Origin: Candidatus Sumerlaeia bacterium
GTDB lineage: Bacteria; Sumerlaeota; Sumerlaeia; SLMS01
Reading direction: 5' to 3'
DNA length: 16,402 nucleotides
NCBI GenBank assembly: GCA_038208905.1
Contig: JBBQYG010000085.1
Coordinates: 1 to 16,402, forward strand
Translations under genes and position numbers: made by a program
Notes under the pieces: model-generated
Databases searched by the model: none
Told to the model about the DNA's origin: nothing
What the model saw: only the letters and a program-made list of their open reading frames with translations
Shown here: positions 1-8,304 of the stretch, in pieces
Layout: each line of letters begins with the position of its first letter
Position numbering within the stretch: the first letter of the stretch is position 1

Positions 1-852
1 GTCGTTCTCAACTTCAACAATAGCGTCATCGCCCAGCAGGGTGGCGGTGGTACGCCTGACGGTTTTGTGCTCTCCGCAGGTGCGGTTGCCACGATTGGCG
101 CAGGCTCCGTCGTCAGCGCGACCACACGCCTTGGCGTGCAAGTTTCGTCGATCACAGCTAGTCTGACGGTCGCTGGAACGTTGCAGGATCCGGTTCTGTT
201 CCTCAACCATAACAATGTGACCAATGGAGATGCCCTCCGCCCATTCGGCGCAAACGGGCCCATCTTCTCTGTCGATCACGCCATCTTCAACAACAACACC
301 GTCGGCATCAATGTCTTCACCGGCGCATCGCTCGATCTAGCGACCTTCTCGGTCACCAACTCGGTCTTCTCCAACAACCTGACGGGATTCATCGTCGGCG
401 ATGATGGCACCGGAACCACCCCCATCAACATCTCCGACAATACGTTCCATGCAAACGGCGTCGGCTTGCTAATCAACGCGCCCGTTACACCACGCGTTGT
501 CTCCATTACGGACTGCATCTTTTCCGGAGCAGGAACCGGCATCAATGCGAACGACACAGTGACTGTCACCCTCAACAACAGCGCCCTCGTTGGGGCCGGA
601 CCCGATGCTCTGACAACGGCAATCGTGGGTGGCGCACTCCTTACCCAGACGCCAGCCGCCATCACTGCGGACCCCGCGTATGCTCTCTCTGCATACACCT
701 TCGGCGTTTCCCGCGACACGCCCGACAACTACCTTCAGGTCACTGCTCTGGCCTACCTTGGGGCTGGCAGTTCCAGCACCGACCTGACCGGCGGAGGCAC
801 CAGCAATATCACGGCACCGCTCGGAGCCGCGAACTGGTCGCTATACAACTGA
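1..852 (+). CDS. 3' part of a right-handed parallel beta-helix (pectin-lyase-like) repeat protein, probably extracellular; 5' end lies outside the window
   Basis: Frame 1 is open from base 1 (VVLNFNNSVIAQQGGGG...) to TGA at 850-852, so the 67 start in the ORF track is internal. It has Asn-ladder-like repeats (IFNNNTVGI, VFSNNLTGF, TFHANGVGL, IFSGAGTGI), is Thr/Gly/Asn rich, and ends in ...GAANWSLYN. Confidence 0.75.
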   Translation, partial: VVLNFNNSVIAQQGGGGTPDGFVLSAGAVATIGAGSVVSATTRLGVQVSSITASLTVAGTLQDPVLFLNHNNVTNGDALRPFGANGPIFSVDHAIFNNNTVGINVFTGASLDLATFSVTNSVFSNNLTGFIVGDDGTGTTPINISDNTFHANGVGLLINAPVTPRVVSITDCIFSGAGTGINANDTVTVTLNNSALVGAGPDALTTAIVGGALLTQTPAAITADPAYALSAYTFGVSRDTPDNYLQVTALAYLGAGSSSTDLTGGGTSNITAPLGAANWSLYN

Positions 853-877
853 CGCATTGCGCAAAGCCAATCTCGTG

Positions 878-924
878 AATCCCGCCCAAGCCCTGACGAA
901 CGGGCTCGGGCGGGGTTGCTTATT
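878..924. terminator. Stem-loop between convergent genes, probable intrinsic (possibly bidirectional) terminator
   Basis: aatcccgcccaagccc (878-893) pairs with gggctcgggcggggtt (902-917): 16-bp stem with one mismatch and one G-U, followed by gcttatt. It starts 25 nt after the stop at 852. Confidence 0.65.
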
Positions 925-996
925 CCGACAGACCCAGAAAGTCGGAACCGTAGCTTTGCCCAAAAGGAGAAGCTTCCATGCCCTATTGCGCCATCC

Positions 997-1215
997 CTAA
1001 TCCCCCAACTCCCACGCCATCCACCCGATTGTGTACAGGATCAGGAAGGGTATCGTGGCCACGCAGATCCAGAAGGCGAAGAGGACGATATAGACGGGCC
1101 ACAGGGCCCACTGGACTCCGGACGGTTCCATCTGCTCGTTGTCGAGTTCGTCCTGGTCGTCATCGATGTCCTCGCCGGGAGTGACGGGTGGAGGCGGTGG
1201 GGCGGCGTTTGTCAT
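997..1215 (-). CDS. Small membrane protein (72 aa) with a Pro-rich/acidic N-terminus and a hydrophobic C-terminal segment
   Basis: ATGA overlap with the stop of the upstream yitJ-like gene at 1212-1215. Long hydrophobic stretch WALWPVYIVLFAFWICVATIPFLILYTIGWMAW. Confidence 0.7.
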   Translation of the reverse strand: MTNAAPPPPPVTPGEDIDDDQDELDNEQMEPSGVQWALWPVYIVLFAFWICVATIPFLILYTIGWMAWELGD

Positions 1216-3131
1216 GGGCGGGTGGGGGAGAGGCGGTGGCGGGCGACGTCGAGGACGGCGAGGGCGCTGTCCACGCGGTTGAAGGGTGGCATGATGTAAG
1301 TGCCCTGGATTGTTGGGAGAGCCTCAGACAGGGCCTCGCGGGCGATGTCGATGCCGCACAGGCGCGCCGACTCCTTGTCCTCGCATTGGCGCAGGCGCTC
1401 GCGAATTGGCGCCGGGACGTGCATGCCTGGGACTTCCTTGGTGAGGAACTCCGCGTTGCGAAAGCTAGCGAGCGGGAGGATGCCCAGAAGGATGGGCACG
1501 CGCAGGTGGGCGACCCGTTCGCGGAAGCGGTGATAGAGCTCCGAGTCATACACCGGCTGGGTGAGGATGTAGTTCGCGCCAGCCTCGATTTTTTGCTCCA
1601 AGCGGCGGATCTCCAGATCGAGATCGATGGCCCCGGGGTTGGCGCCGGCGCCGAGGAAGAGCCGCGTCGGCGCGCCCTTGAGCGGGTTGCCCGCGAGGTC
1701 GTTCCCGGAATTCAGATTCGCGCCGATGCGCAGCGCGCCGATCGCGTCCACGTCGTACACCGCCGTGGCGAAGGGATAGTCGCCGAGCTTGGGCGGATCG
1801 CCGGTGATCATCAGGATGTTGTGAATGCCGAGTGCGTTGGCGCCAATCAGGTCGGCCTGCATGCCGAGGATGTTGCGGTCGCGGCAGCAAAAATGCACGA
1901 TCGGCTCCACGCCCCGAACCTGAGCGCGGAGGAGCATCGCCATGTCGATGGGGCCCATGCGCGCCGTGGCGCGGGGACCGTCGGCGATGTTGATGGCGTC
2001 CACGATTCCCGATTCGGCGCACTGCCGCGCGGCGTCCAGGGCGCTGCGCGCGTCGGTGCCCACGGGGGGATCGATCTCCACACTCACGACGAACTCTCCG
2101 GCGCGGAGCTTCGCTTGAAGCCGTGACGGCGTGTCGAATTCCTTCATCACCACAGCGTGGCTAGGCGTCACGATCTCCACCACGGGCGAAACCGTCGCGA
2201 TGGCCGCGCCAGGCTGGAGCATCTTGATCGATCCCTTGATTGCCTTGATATGCTCGGGGTGACAGCCGGAGGAACCACCCAGCAGGCGCGCGCCCTTCAT
2301 CATCCCCTTGCGGAGCCACTCCATGAAGTATTCCGGCGTCGCCATGTACAGGTCGCGGTCGTCGTGGCGGATGGGGAGTCCCGCGCCGGGAAACATGGCG
2401 AGCGACCTGCCCTTGATGCCCTGCCAACCTTCCAGCGCCTCCACCAGCAGGCCCGGGGCATGGCCATCCATCACGCCGAGTACGTCGCAAGGCAGCGCGG
2501 CGAACCCGTCTTCGGCCTTCAGACCTGTCTCCCATCGCAAAAGGGCCACTCGCGGCGTCGCGGAGGAAAGCCGCTGCGCTTGCTCCAAAGCCGTGCGTGC
2601 GGAGGCGGCGTCGGAAAATCCCTCGAAGAAGAGCGCGTCGACGCCCGCCTCGATCAGGTGAGTGATTTGCTCTGTATAGACAACCGCCGGGTCCTCCGTG
2701 GCGCCCTGCCCCAGCGGACCCACCACGCCTGCCACCCAAGCCGTTCCGCCCGCGGCCTCGCGCGCCAGGCGCACTCCCGCGGCGTTGATCTCCATCACCT
2801 TGTCGCCAAGGCCATACTTCGCGAGCTTGGCGCGGTTGGCCGAGAAGGTATTCGCGCGAATCAGCTCCGACCCCGCGCGGAGGAACTCCTGATGGACGTT
2901 CTTCACCAAGTGGGGGCGTTCGAGGTTTAGGTTCTCAAACGACTGATTAATGTAGATACCCTTCTGGTAAATCATCGTCGCCATTCCCCCGTCGGCCAGA
3001 ATCGCGCGCTGGCGCAGCACATCAAGGAACGGCGGGAGGTTGGCTTGAAGGTCCTTGTCGGTCATGGGCGAGAATTGGCGTCCCTGCGGGTCGAATATCA
3101 AGACATCATTATGCCGTGATGCCTGTGTCAA
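1212..3131 (-). CDS. yitJ: Bifunctional homocysteine S-methyltransferase / 5,10-methylenetetrahydrofolate reductase (YitJ family); HMT domain appears degenerate
   Basis: N-terminal HMT-like motifs ILADGGMAT, HQEFLRAGSELIRANTFSAN and VAGVVGP. C-terminal MetF-like motifs VEIDPP, INIADGPRATARM, HFCCRDRN, ITGDPPKLGDYP, GANYILTQPVY and GTYIMPPF. The TTG start overlaps the upstream TGA (TTGA, 3128-3131); an alternative ATG is at 3065. Confidence 0.92.
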   Translation of the reverse strand: MTQASRHNDVLIFDPQGRQFSPMTDKDLQANLPPFLDVLRQRAILADGGMATMIYQKGIYINQSFENLNLERPHLVKNVHQEFLRAGSELIRANTFSANRAKLAKYGLGDKVMEINAAGVRLAREAAGGTAWVAGVVGPLGQGATEDPAVVYTEQITHLIEAGVDALFFEGFSDAASARTALEQAQRLSSATPRVALLRWETGLKAEDGFAALPCDVLGVMDGHAPGLLVEALEGWQGIKGRSLAMFPGAGLPIRHDDRDLYMATPEYFMEWLRKGMMKGARLLGGSSGCHPEHIKAIKGSIKMLQPGAAIATVSPVVEIVTPSHAVVMKEFDTPSRLQAKLRAGEFVVSVEIDPPVGTDARSALDAARQCAESGIVDAINIADGPRATARMGPIDMAMLLRAQVRGVEPIVHFCCRDRNILGMQADLIGANALGIHNILMITGDPPKLGDYPFATAVYDVDAIGALRIGANLNSGNDLAGNPLKGAPTRLFLGAGANPGAIDLDLEIRRLEQKIEAGANYILTQPVYDSELYHRFRERVAHLRVPILLGILPLASFRNAEFLTKEVPGMHVPAPIRERLRQCEDKESARLCGIDIAREALSEALPTIQGTYIMPPFNRVDSALAVLDVARHRLSPTRP

Positions 3132-4123
3132 TCGCGAATCGGTCCCACAACCGGCACTGGCAGCATTACGCCCTTCATCATCGCGTGAACGCGCCTGGCA
3201 AGTTCCGCCATCCCCTTGTCGGCCTCTTCCGCGGGAAGAGCGGTCAGGGCGCAGAGGATGTAGCGCGTCTTGCCGTCCTCGATCAGGGCGGCCTCGCTAG
3301 TGTAGATACTCCACCAGCCGGTCTTGGAATGGATTGTGGCAGTGTCGGGAAGGCCGCGAAAGAATCGGCCTTTGTCATTCATGGCCAGATAGCCGCGGAT
3401 CAGCCCGCGACCCTTGCCGCCGCCGATTGCACCGGTCTCGGCGGCCCAGAGGAACGTCGCCAGATGGCGGGCGCTGGTCACCGTGCCGGGGACATCGGCA
3501 TAGCCGGGATCCTCGCGATCGCGGGGAAGGTACTTGCGCGTGATTTCCGACCCTTGGCACCCGAGCGCGTGCATCAGGGCGCTGGCGCGCTGGCGATCCA
3601 CCAGGTCGATCAGTTCGTTGGCGGCGGTATTGTCGGAGTACTGCATTGTCAGGCGGATGATCTCCGCGATGGTCAGGTTCTCATTCGCAATGGGACGAGA
3701 CCCGGCACGCACGTTGTTCTCCTTCACGGTGATCGTATCGCCGAGAGCGATCTCTCCGGCAACCACTTGGCGGACGGCTTCCCCCATCGCATACATCTTG
3801 TAGGTGCTGGCGGGATAGACAAAGGTCTCCTCGTGCCAGCCCGCCATGCGAGGCGCCGCGAGGTCAGTCAGATCCACCAAGCAGATGGATGCGTGCTCCT
3901 CCTTCTTCTCCGGGCTCTTCACGGCGGAGGTGATCTCGTCGAGGCCGACCTCCTCCACGATGACGCGGAGCTTCTCCGAGAACTCTTCGTCCCGCGCGGG
4001 AAGCGGCCTGAAGTTTTCCAGCGCCGGAATCACGATCTCCGGCCGGAGCTGCATGGCCACCGGTTCTGCGGGAACGGCGGGAGCGAGAGCAACGGCGAGG
4101 AGTAGAATCGAAGCAATGCGCAC
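3128..4123 (-). CDS. Exported serine hydrolase of the class A beta-lactamase-like (penicillin-recognising) family
   Basis: SxxK (PASTYK), SDN (QYSDNTA) and KTG (HSKTGW) motifs. Signal peptide from GTG at 4123 (MRIASILLLAVALAPAVPA), with GGAG upstream. Confidence 0.88.
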   Translation of the reverse strand: MRIASILLLAVALAPAVPAEPVAMQLRPEIVIPALENFRPLPARDEEFSEKLRVIVEEVGLDEITSAVKSPEKKEEHASICLVDLTDLAAPRMAGWHEETFVYPASTYKMYAMGEAVRQVVAGEIALGDTITVKENNVRAGSRPIANENLTIAEIIRLTMQYSDNTAANELIDLVDRQRASALMHALGCQGSEITRKYLPRDREDPGYADVPGTVTSARHLATFLWAAETGAIGGGKGRGLIRGYLAMNDKGRFFRGLPDTATIHSKTGWWSIYTSEAALIEDGKTRYILCALTALPAEEADKGMAELARRVHAMMKGVMLPVPVVGPIRD

Positions 4124-4196
4124 GGGAAACCGTTCTCCCTGATTGAAAAGTGGGCTTGAACACAATGCGCCATAAGGCGCGTGAAGTTGCGGAAAT

Positions 4197-5504
4197 TCAA
4201 TGCGAAGAAAAGGCCATGTCCAGCGACCTCACTCCAGCCTCCGCGAGCAGATCGAAGTCGTCGTCGGATAGCGCGGCGCCGAGGAACCATGACTCGAACT
4301 GGGCGGGGGGGAGATGGATTCCCTCCGCCAGCATGGCGTGGAAGAATCGGGCGAAGGCCTTGGTGTCGCAGGTGGCGGCGTCGTCCCAGGAATGCACCCG
4401 AAGCGGGGTGAAGAACACGGTGATCATGCTGCCGAGTTGTGCGACCGTGGCGGGATAGCCCTCCTGCGCGATATGGGTTGTATAGACGTTGGCGAGGTCG
4501 CGGGTCTTCTCCGAGAGGCGCGTATAGACACTTGGGCGCGCCTGCAACTCGCGCAGCGTCGCCAGCCCCGCCGCCATGCCGAGGGGATTGCCGGAGAGCG
4601 TTCCCGCCTGGTACATGGGGCCATCGGGAGAGACCACCTTCATCAGATCGCGGCGACCGCCATAGGCGCCAACGGGGAGGCCACCGCCCAGGACCTTGCC
4701 GAGCGTTGTCAGGTCGGCGCGGACGCCGAACAACTCTTGGGCGCCGCCCAGCCCGAGACGGAATCCCGTCATCACTTCGTCGAAGATCAGAATCCCGCCA
4801 TGCTGGTTGCAGAGACCGCGCAACCCCTGCAGGAATCCCGCCTGTGGCACAACGCAGCCCATGTTTCCGGCGACCGGCTCCGCGATGACGCCGGCGATCT
4901 CTCCCGGATGCGCGGCGAAGAGGGCCTCGACGCTGGCAACGTCGTTGTAGCGCGCGTTCAGGGTGGCCGACGCCGCGCCTCGGGGGACGCCTGGGCTGGT
5001 TGGCTGGCCGAGCGTGGCCAGCCCCGAGCCAGCCTTGCTGAGAAACGAATCGCCGTGGCCGTGGTAGCAACCCTCGAACTTCACGATCAGCTCGCGTCCC
5101 GTCGCGGCGCGCGCCACGCGGATGGCGCTCATGGTGGCCTCGGTGCCGGAGTTCACCATGCGCAGCACTTCGATGGAGGGCATCAGCTCCGCCACCAACT
5201 CCGCCATTTCGACCTCGAGTCGCGTCGGTGCGCCGAAGCTCATCGCGCAGGCGGCCTGGTCCTGCACGGCCTTCACCACAGCGGGATGGCCGTGGCCCAG
5301 GATCATGGGCCCCCAGGAATTGTAACAATCAAGGTAACGATTTCCATCCACATCGAAGAGATATGCACCCTCCGCGCGGTCCATGAAGCGCGGCGTCCCA
5401 CCAACGGCCAGAAACGCGCGAACGGGAGAGTTTACGCCGCCGGGGATACGCAGGCGGGCGCGCTCGAAGAGGGCGTCGCTCTTTGCTGTCTCGTGGCTGA
5501 TCAA
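4197..5504 (-). CDS. hemL: Glutamate-1-semialdehyde 2,1-aminomutase
   Basis: IPGGVNSPVRAF, NSWGPMILGH, VNSGTEATMSAIR, KFEGCYHGHGD, IFDEVMTGFR, PLP lysine in LGKVLGGGLPVG, and YQAGTLSGNP. The likely start is TTG at 5504, overlapping the hemC-D stop (TTGA), not 5849. Confidence 0.97.
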   Translation of the reverse strand: MISHETAKSDALFERARLRIPGGVNSPVRAFLAVGGTPRFMDRAEGAYLFDVDGNRYLDCYNSWGPMILGHGHPAVVKAVQDQAACAMSFGAPTRLEVEMAELVAELMPSIEVLRMVNSGTEATMSAIRVARAATGRELIVKFEGCYHGHGDSFLSKAGSGLATLGQPTSPGVPRGAASATLNARYNDVASVEALFAAHPGEIAGVIAEPVAGNMGCVVPQAGFLQGLRGLCNQHGGILIFDEVMTGFRLGLGGAQELFGVRADLTTLGKVLGGGLPVGAYGGRRDLMKVVSPDGPMYQAGTLSGNPLGMAAGLATLRELQARPSVYTRLSEKTRDLANVYTTHIAQEGYPATVAQLGSMITVFFTPLRVHSWDDAATCDTKAFARFFHAMLAEGIHLPPAQFESWFLGAALSDDDFDLLAEAGVRSLDMAFSSH

Positions 5505-7267
5505 GGTTCGGATTCCATGGCGACGGAGCTGTCTCGCGCCGTCAGTGCTTTGGCAATGCACGCGGCGAGCGAGGCGAATTCGGCTTCCTCGGCCTCCACC
5601 GGGGCGATGGCAAAGGTCTCGCGGATCGTGTCGGATGTCGCACCGCCGATCGATGCGAGGAGGACTCCCGACTTTGCGAGGAGCCCCGCCGAGTCTGGAA
5701 TCAATTGCGCGAAAGCCTCCGCGGCGCTGGAGCTGCAGAACGATACCGCCTGGCAGCGATGCGACTCGATCAGCTGCACGGTGAGCTCTGCATTCTCCAT
5801 GACACGATGGGATTCGTATGCGACCAGCGTCGTCGATTGGCAGCCCCACGCGACGATCTGCTCACCGATGGCCGCGGGTGCGAGGTCGCCCTTGAGGTAG
5901 AGCACGCGAAGTTCCGCAATCGAGCGCCCTGCGAAGTGCGCCGCGAATCGCTCGAGCATCGAGGCGCGGTCACCATCGCCCGCGATCACGTTTGCGAATC
6001 CAGCCGCGCCCAGCTTCTCGGCAGTGGCTTCACCCGGGCAGAAGATCGCCGTACTGCCGAGCCAGTCAGGCGCATTGGGCACGGCCAGTAGCAATGCTTC
6101 CACGGCGTTGGCACTCGTCAATATAAGCGCGTCGAACGTCGCGCTGTCCCTTGCCAATGTGCGCAACGGCGACAAATCGCGCGCGGGACGAGTCCGAATC
6201 AGGGGGAGGCAAACAGGGTCCATTCTCAGTGAGCGCAGCGCGCGGGAAAGCGGCCCGTCGGCGTCCTCGTCGCGCGTCACGAGCACGCATGGCTCCTGCG
6301 CCAACACTTGCTTGGTCGGATTGAGGGAAACCACTGAACCGGGGTCTATTGCATCAAGCGAAGCGATCAGATCGGCGGCGCCTTTCGCAAGAAGTTCTTC
6401 CGCCATGCGAATGCCGAGCTCCCCGGCGGAATCGCGCGGCCCGGTCAATTCGCTCTCAATCACGATGCGGCCATCGGGTGACACGACCCGCGCCCGGAGC
6501 CGAAGCATCCCGGCGGCGTCGATCTCCGCGCAGGCGCCGAGCGGGAGCTGGCATCCACCGCCCAGGCGGTCGAGCAGCACGCGCTCCGCCGTCACGCAAT
6601 GGGTCGATTCGGCATCCGCGAGGGGTGCGAGCAGCTCCGCGAGTTCGTCATCGCTCGCGCGAATCTGAAGTCCGAGGGCGCCCTGTCCCGGCGCGGGAAT
6701 CATCACGTCGTCGTTCAGTATCTTCTTGAAGGGCACCACGAGTCCGAGTCGATTCAGACCCGCTTCCGCGAGCACGATGGCCGCGTAGCGCCCGTCCAAC
6801 AGTTTCTTGACGCGGGTGGGCACGTTGCCGCGAATCTCGGAGATGGCGAGGCGGGGAAACTTGGCGAGGAGCTGAGCAGATCGGCGGAGGCTCGATGTCC
6901 CGACGGGCTGGTCGGCGCCCAATTCCGAAAGGCGAATCGGTCGCGCGGCCACCAGTACGTCGCGCGGCGATTCGCGCTTTGGTATGGCGGAGAGCGCGAG
7001 CCCATCAGGCTGCGTCGTTGGGAGGTCCTTCAGGCTGTGCACGGCGAGGTCGATACGCCGCTCCAGAAGCGCGGACTCGATCTCCTGCGTGAAGACCCCC
7101 TTTCCGCCAAGCGACGGCAGGGGAGCATCGAGCACGCGGTCGCCGTTGGTCTGGATGATTTCGATCTCGACGCGAAGGCCCGGGTGAATCGCGCGGAGGG
7201 CGTCTGCGATGCATCGCGTCTGAAACAGGGCGAGTTGACTGCCGCGGGTGCCGAGGCGAACGATCAT
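5501..7267 (-). CDS. hemC: Hydroxymethylbilane synthase (HemC) fused to a C-terminal uroporphyrinogen-III synthase (HemD) domain
   Basis: HemC motifs GTRGSQLALFQ, GGKGVFT, AVHSLKDLPT, GTSSLRR, RGNVPTR, PAPGQGAL and LGGGCQLP. HemD-like motifs follow: VLVTR, LILTSANAV, GEATAEKL, VAYES, FCSSSAAEAF and SIGGATS. ATG at 7267 overlaps the hemA stop (ATGA). Confidence 0.93.
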   Translation of the reverse strand: MIVRLGTRGSQLALFQTRCIADALRAIHPGLRVEIEIIQTNGDRVLDAPLPSLGGKGVFTQEIESALLERRIDLAVHSLKDLPTTQPDGLALSAIPKRESPRDVLVAARPIRLSELGADQPVGTSSLRRSAQLLAKFPRLAISEIRGNVPTRVKKLLDGRYAAIVLAEAGLNRLGLVVPFKKILNDDVMIPAPGQGALGLQIRASDDELAELLAPLADAESTHCVTAERVLLDRLGGGCQLPLGACAEIDAAGMLRLRARVVSPDGRIVIESELTGPRDSAGELGIRMAEELLAKGAADLIASLDAIDPGSVVSLNPTKQVLAQEPCVLVTRDEDADGPLSRALRSLRMDPVCLPLIRTRPARDLSPLRTLARDSATFDALILTSANAVEALLLAVPNAPDWLGSTAIFCPGEATAEKLGAAGFANVIAGDGDRASMLERFAAHFAGRSIAELRVLYLKGDLAPAAIGEQIVAWGCQSTTLVAYESHRVMENAELTVQLIESHRCQAVSFCSSSAAEAFAQLIPDSAGLLAKSGVLLASIGGATSDTIRETFAIAPVEAEEAEFASLAACIAKALTARDSSVAMESEP

Positions 7268-8304
7268 CCGCGTTCGGCGCCGTGCGTCGTGGTCCGTTCG
7301 CGCTTGGTCGAGGTCGCCCACTTCTCAAAGCGTGCGACCTCCTCCTCGATCAGGGCCTCCACGGCGGCGATCTCGCCCACACGGCGGGCAGCGTTCTGCT
7401 CGGCGATTTCCCGGAGGTCTGCAAGGGTGAGCACCGACGCGCCCTTCACCTCTCTCACATCGGGGGCGACATTCGGCGGCGAGGAAAGATCGAGATAGAC
7501 GCAGGCGCCGGCGGTCTCGGCCATCGCTCGGGTGACGAGGTGATGCTGGGCGCCCGTGGCGCAGATCGCGACGTCTGCGCGGCGGAGCGCATCGCGAAGC
7601 TCCTCCATCGGGACTGCGACACCGCCGATGGACGATGCGGCGGCCTGGGCACTTTCGCTGGATCGGTTCGCGAGCAGCAGGGTTCCCGCGCCGCCATCCG
7701 CAAGGGCGCGCGCGGTTTGGCGTCCCATCTCTCCCGTGCCGATCACCAGGACTGTGCGGCGAGGGAGATCGGCGACGCGCTCCGCAATGAGCTGCGCCGC
7801 GACGGTGGCGATGGAGACTTTGCCGCGGCCAATACTCGTCTCGGCGCGGGCGCGGCTCCCGGCGCGCAGCGCGCGGTTGTATAGGCCCGCGACGAGCGGT
7901 CCTGCCGTCCCCGCGGATCGCGCCGTCTCCAGCGCCGCGCGCACCTGGCCCTGGATCTCAGGCTCTCCCACCACCAGCGAGTCGATCCCCGCGGCCACGG
8001 CGAAGAGGTGGCGCACCGCATCGAGACCACGACGGACGATGGCGTGTTCCACCAGCATCCCCGCGTCGATGCCTCGTTCCCGCGCAAGGGCCGAAAGCAG
8101 AAAATGCGACACCACGGATGGATCGCGCGTCGCCACGGTAAACCCGACCCGGTTGCAGGTGGCGATCGCGACCGCCTCCGAAACCGGGCCGTCCCGAGTC
8201 AGGGCACGGAGGAAGGACTCCACGGCGCCGGGGGCGATGGCGACGCGGCCTAGGAACTCGAAGGGTGAGTGCTTGTGGCTGAATCCGATGTGGACGAGTT
8301 GCAT
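7264..8304 (-). CDS. hemA: Glutamyl-tRNA reductase (short form, lacking most of the C-terminal dimerisation domain)
   Basis: ATCNR catalytic Cys motif, HLFAVAAGIDSLVVGEPEIQGQV, NADPH-binding VIGTGEMG, ANRS and DVAICATGA. 346 aa. Confidence 0.93.
   Translation of the reverse strand: MQLVHIGFSHKHSPFEFLGRVAIAPGAVESFLRALTRDGPVSEAVAIATCNRVGFTVATRDPSVVSHFLLSALARERGIDAGMLVEHAIVRRGLDAVRHLFAVAAGIDSLVVGEPEIQGQVRAALETARSAGTAGPLVAGLYNRALRAGSRARAETSIGRGKVSIATVAAQLIAERVADLPRRTVLVIGTGEMGRQTARALADGGAGTLLLANRSSESAQAAASSIGGVAVPMEELRDALRRADVAICATGAQHHLVTRAMAETAGACVYLDLSSPPNVAPDVREVKGASVLTLADLREIAEQNAARRVGEIAAVEALIEEEVARFEKWATSTKRERTTTHGAERG

Noticed and set aside
5505-5849. 115-aa N-terminal extension of HemL in the ORF track (start 5849)
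   Set aside because: It overlaps the HemD domain coding region in another frame. HemL similarity begins at about 5490, and a TTG start overlaps the upstream stop at 5504.
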